From Anthoceros angustus (Eukaryota; Plantae; Anthocerotophyta), in assembly GCA_010909165.1 (NCBI GenBank), contig MU008188.1:310001-374000 (forward strand): DNA of 64,000 nucleotides, read 5' to 3'. Every line of letters starts with the position of its first letter. The first letter of the stretch is position 1. The notes under the pieces were generated by a model. That model did not search any database, was not told where the DNA came from, and saw only the letters and a program-made list of their open reading frames with translations. This document shows, piece by piece, positions 61,242 to 64,000 of this stretch. The position numbers were made by a program, and so were the translations under genes.

Positions 61242-61537
61242 TGTATGTATGTATGTACATATGTATGTATGTATGTATGTATCTGCTGTACTGCTGTACA
61301 TATGTACAGTTGCCGAGTCTCCACAAACCAATAATGAGCTAAAAACACTGGAATATTTTGACTCCAATTCATCATCAATGGATGGATGGATGGATGGATG
61401 GACGCTGCGCCTAACCCTAATTACACAGCAAGAATGTCACGGCCTTCCGCTCCGACGTCCGGCGCTTGCTTTGGCTTGGAAGAAAAAGGCCGTGGTCATT
61501 ATGCTGCAGCAGCAGCAGCAGCAGCAACAGCAACAGC
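61242..61537. repeat. Microsatellite cluster: (TATG)n ~61242-61283, (GATG)n ~61377-61401, (CAG/CAA)n ~61507-61536
   Basis: Directly visible simple repeats in the intergenic region. Confidence 0.9.
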
Positions 61538-61607
61538 TTGCAGATGAGTGGCATGCTTTTCATCACCTAGAGTCAGACTACATCAACCTGCCCTGAAAAC
61601 ACTGACC

Positions 61608-64000
61608 TTATACCGATGAAGGAGATGGCATTCCACAGTACACCGGATGGTTGGTGTGCCCCACTGAACGCATGGTATTGCACCTCCAAGTATCTGTGAT
61701 GGGCTGCATCCCACACACGACGAGGAGAAGAGCATGGTTTAACAACTGGGTGGTATGTGAAGTTTTTGTACAGAGAAGCAAAACTGACGAGCCTTGTGTA
61801 GAAACTGCAGAAATACCAGGATTTACTGATGGATCCATGTTGAGCACTCCACCGCTGTCACAGGAGCTACAGTGCCAACCTTCTGTTGTGCCTGCCCACA
61901 AAGATCTGTCTAGCGCATTCAACCGTTGCGCATGTTGCAATCCTGCATGCGCGAAGACACGCCCATTGTTGGGTAAAGGACGGCCCTGTGGTCCACCGGT
62001 GTTGTATGAGAAGGGAACAAACGTACTGGGCCACCATTTGCATGAGTGTTGCGGATGCTGCCTTGATCTGCGACACAGTCGTGCACAGATACATCCAAGT
62101 TAGTTCTGGGCATCATAGCCGTCATCTTCACAACAGGCTATGCTATTCAACCTTACCGCCATAATGAGAAGACTTTGCAAAGCAAATCATCTGGTAGCGT
62201 CAGGCTGTTGTATGCTATCAGACTGTGAATGCCACTGCTTGATAACGTGTTCCCAGACTTTGCCAATGAACTCAATACACCCACCAACTCCATGAACTCA
62301 CAATTTGCTCCCCCCTGTGCTTCAGAATCTCTCTTTTTCATGAGACCACCCTGTTTGACATTTTTGATTTGGACGTGATGCGATGTACCCAACCTTACAG
62401 CTACAGTTAACCAATTTTAAACATTATAGTTCGGTGTCACAGCGTTTGGGAAGTGGACTCAACATGCCAAAATCTAATATGCAAAACCAAGACCCTACCA
62501 CAGCCAGAACCATACCTAACGCAGAGAAGTTGAAACAGGAGACAGCCAGCTGAAATCAAGAGGAAGCATCAACTGAGATAAGTGAAGACTGCTGCACCTT
62601 CGGATGCATTCCAGCAAACATAGGAAGAACAGAGGTCTTGCAGGGACGCAGGTGTCCTGTGTGGAACTGCTTGTCCAAGCTCCAAAGCATGCAGAGTTAC
62701 GCCAGCAGCCCTTCATAACACCAAAGATGACCATCAGACAAAATCGGCATGCTTCTTGAGAAACACTCAACCTGGAGGAACGTCACATTCTGCATTACTG
62801 TTGCCAAATAAGATACACGGCAAGCTCAAAGTGTGGAAAGAAATGTACCTCTGTATGCTTTCAGCTGCAGTGCGTGGAGGTCCTGCTGATGTAGGATCAA
62901 TACTTTGCCTGCCTCTAAATCCTGGCCCACGCAAAATCTGCACGCCTAGGGTGCTGCCCAATTGGCGTCTGGAACCGGGAGTCTGACCCACAGCTGGCTC
63001 ACAGCGGCTAGCAGCTGCCAGACAGACGAAGTTCTGCGGGGCAGCTGTCGCAGCTGCAGCATCCACATCAATCAAGTGGAACACTTCCCATCGGGTTGGG
63101 ACAGTGCGGACTGCCCGTACGCTCCCACAGGGCTCTACACTTAAAAAACGCCTGGCAAAGACACACCATGTTACTATCTTGCTCGACCACTCAGACTGGT
63201 TGGACCTACCAGAACACAGAAAAAGTTCAAAAGAAATCTTCAAGCAACATAGCTATCTGACCTTTTGCCACTGATTTTCCGTACAGTTTGAATAGTAAAA
63301 CCAGCAATGCTCCTATCCAAAACACTGCCTTCATGAAAGGCACAAGCTGCTCGCTTCAATACAGAGCTCGATACAGGTTTGATCTCAAACAAAGAAGTCA
63401 AGGCGGGAAAGTGCACAGCTGGTTCATTTGACTGCGCACAATGCAGGGGCAGTGGTGAACCATGCTATCAGCTAACAACGCGATCTGGGGATGCAAAGAC
63501 TTCCAGAACAACCATAGGCTTCCCCTAAAATGAAACAAGAAAAACCACAACACAATGGAATGAGCTTAACCTGTAATATACGGCCAGTTGAGTCTGCAAA
63601 CATGTAGACATCAGCTCCATCCTTTGGTGAGGGTACAGCTAGTAATGTATAAAGTGAGTCCCCATGATATCTTAATTGCCAAGCCCCAACATTTTCCACC
63701 TCTTTCCTAGTACGAGTAACGCAGGAACACAGCTTTCGCTTTGGAGCACTGTCATCCGAAGTGGGACCCCTCCCATTGACAGGAGAAGAGGTGTCTTCTT
63801 CAGGTGCATCGGGGTCCGCTGCCAGGCAGCCTCCCATTACACTTTTGATTAAAACTCTTGATCCACTTGCCAGCTCCAGATAAAACTGCTCTGATTTCTT
63901 TGAATGCAGGCCATTGCATAGCACTGTACCAGAGGGCTCAGTTGACATGTACCTTGGAAGCTCCGTCTGTGTTTGCCCTTCCCTTTGAAATGGATGAATG
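61608..64000 (-). CDS. Uncharacterised multi-exon gene (5' part beyond the window) with fascin-like beta-trefoil motifs and a possible F-box-like segment
   Basis: Exon-like blocks bounded by GT-AG: SEQFYLELASGSRVLIKSVMGGCLAAD, FLSVEPCGSVRAVRTVPTRWEVFHLI (fascin-like A-x-R...WExF), and LPDDLLCKVFSLWR. Exon chain and stop codon not fully resolved. Confidence 0.55.

Noticed and set aside
60136-61326. 396-aa ORF on the - strand
   Set aside because: Off-frame read-through across a TATG microsatellite and PGAP1 exons and introns; only the exon-2 part is in the PGAP1 frame.
61201-61596. Poly-Q ORF on the + strand
   Set aside because: Built from three microsatellites; no other coding evidence.
1-64000. 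tRNA, rRNA or other structured RNA genes
   Set aside because: None recognised by eye (the PBS is only tRNA-complementary); a tRNAscan-SE or Infernal run would be needed to exclude them.

Overview
Eukaryotic nuclear DNA from a land plant with very short GT-AG introns (mostly 60-130 bp) and PLS-type PPR remnants. It is probably a compact-genome non-seed plant such as a hornwort or lycophyte, but the species cannot be fixed from sequence alone. Layout: (1) 1-2.4 kb, 5' part of a plastidic glucose transporter gene (- strand). (2) ~3.1-46.1 kb, a ~43 kb nested transposon block: a 3'-truncated Ty1/copia element with an extra ORF before gag; a GA-rich element with an uncharacterised coiled-coil ORF and palindromic 21-bp arrays; a pogo/DDE_1-type transposase remnant; a PPR pseudogene split by a ~21 kb CACTA element that contains an AT/T-rich nested insert; and several nested tandem duplications (0.25, 1.06, 1.75 and 6-7 kb). 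(3) 47-64 kb, a gene-dense - strand block: a 3'-truncated, rearranged ALA3-type P4-ATPase carrying spliceable exons of a TFIIE-alpha-like gene, a decayed class IV sirtuin that looks fungal rather than like plant SRT1 (horizontal-transfer candidate), an apparently intact PGAP1 GPI inositol-deacylase, and the 3' part of an uncharacterised gene with fascin-like beta-trefoil motifs. Differences between repeat copies cluster at CAG/CTG, which suggests methylation-linked long-read errors, so many TE frameshifts may be artefacts. All family assignments rest on motif recognition by eye; no searches were run.
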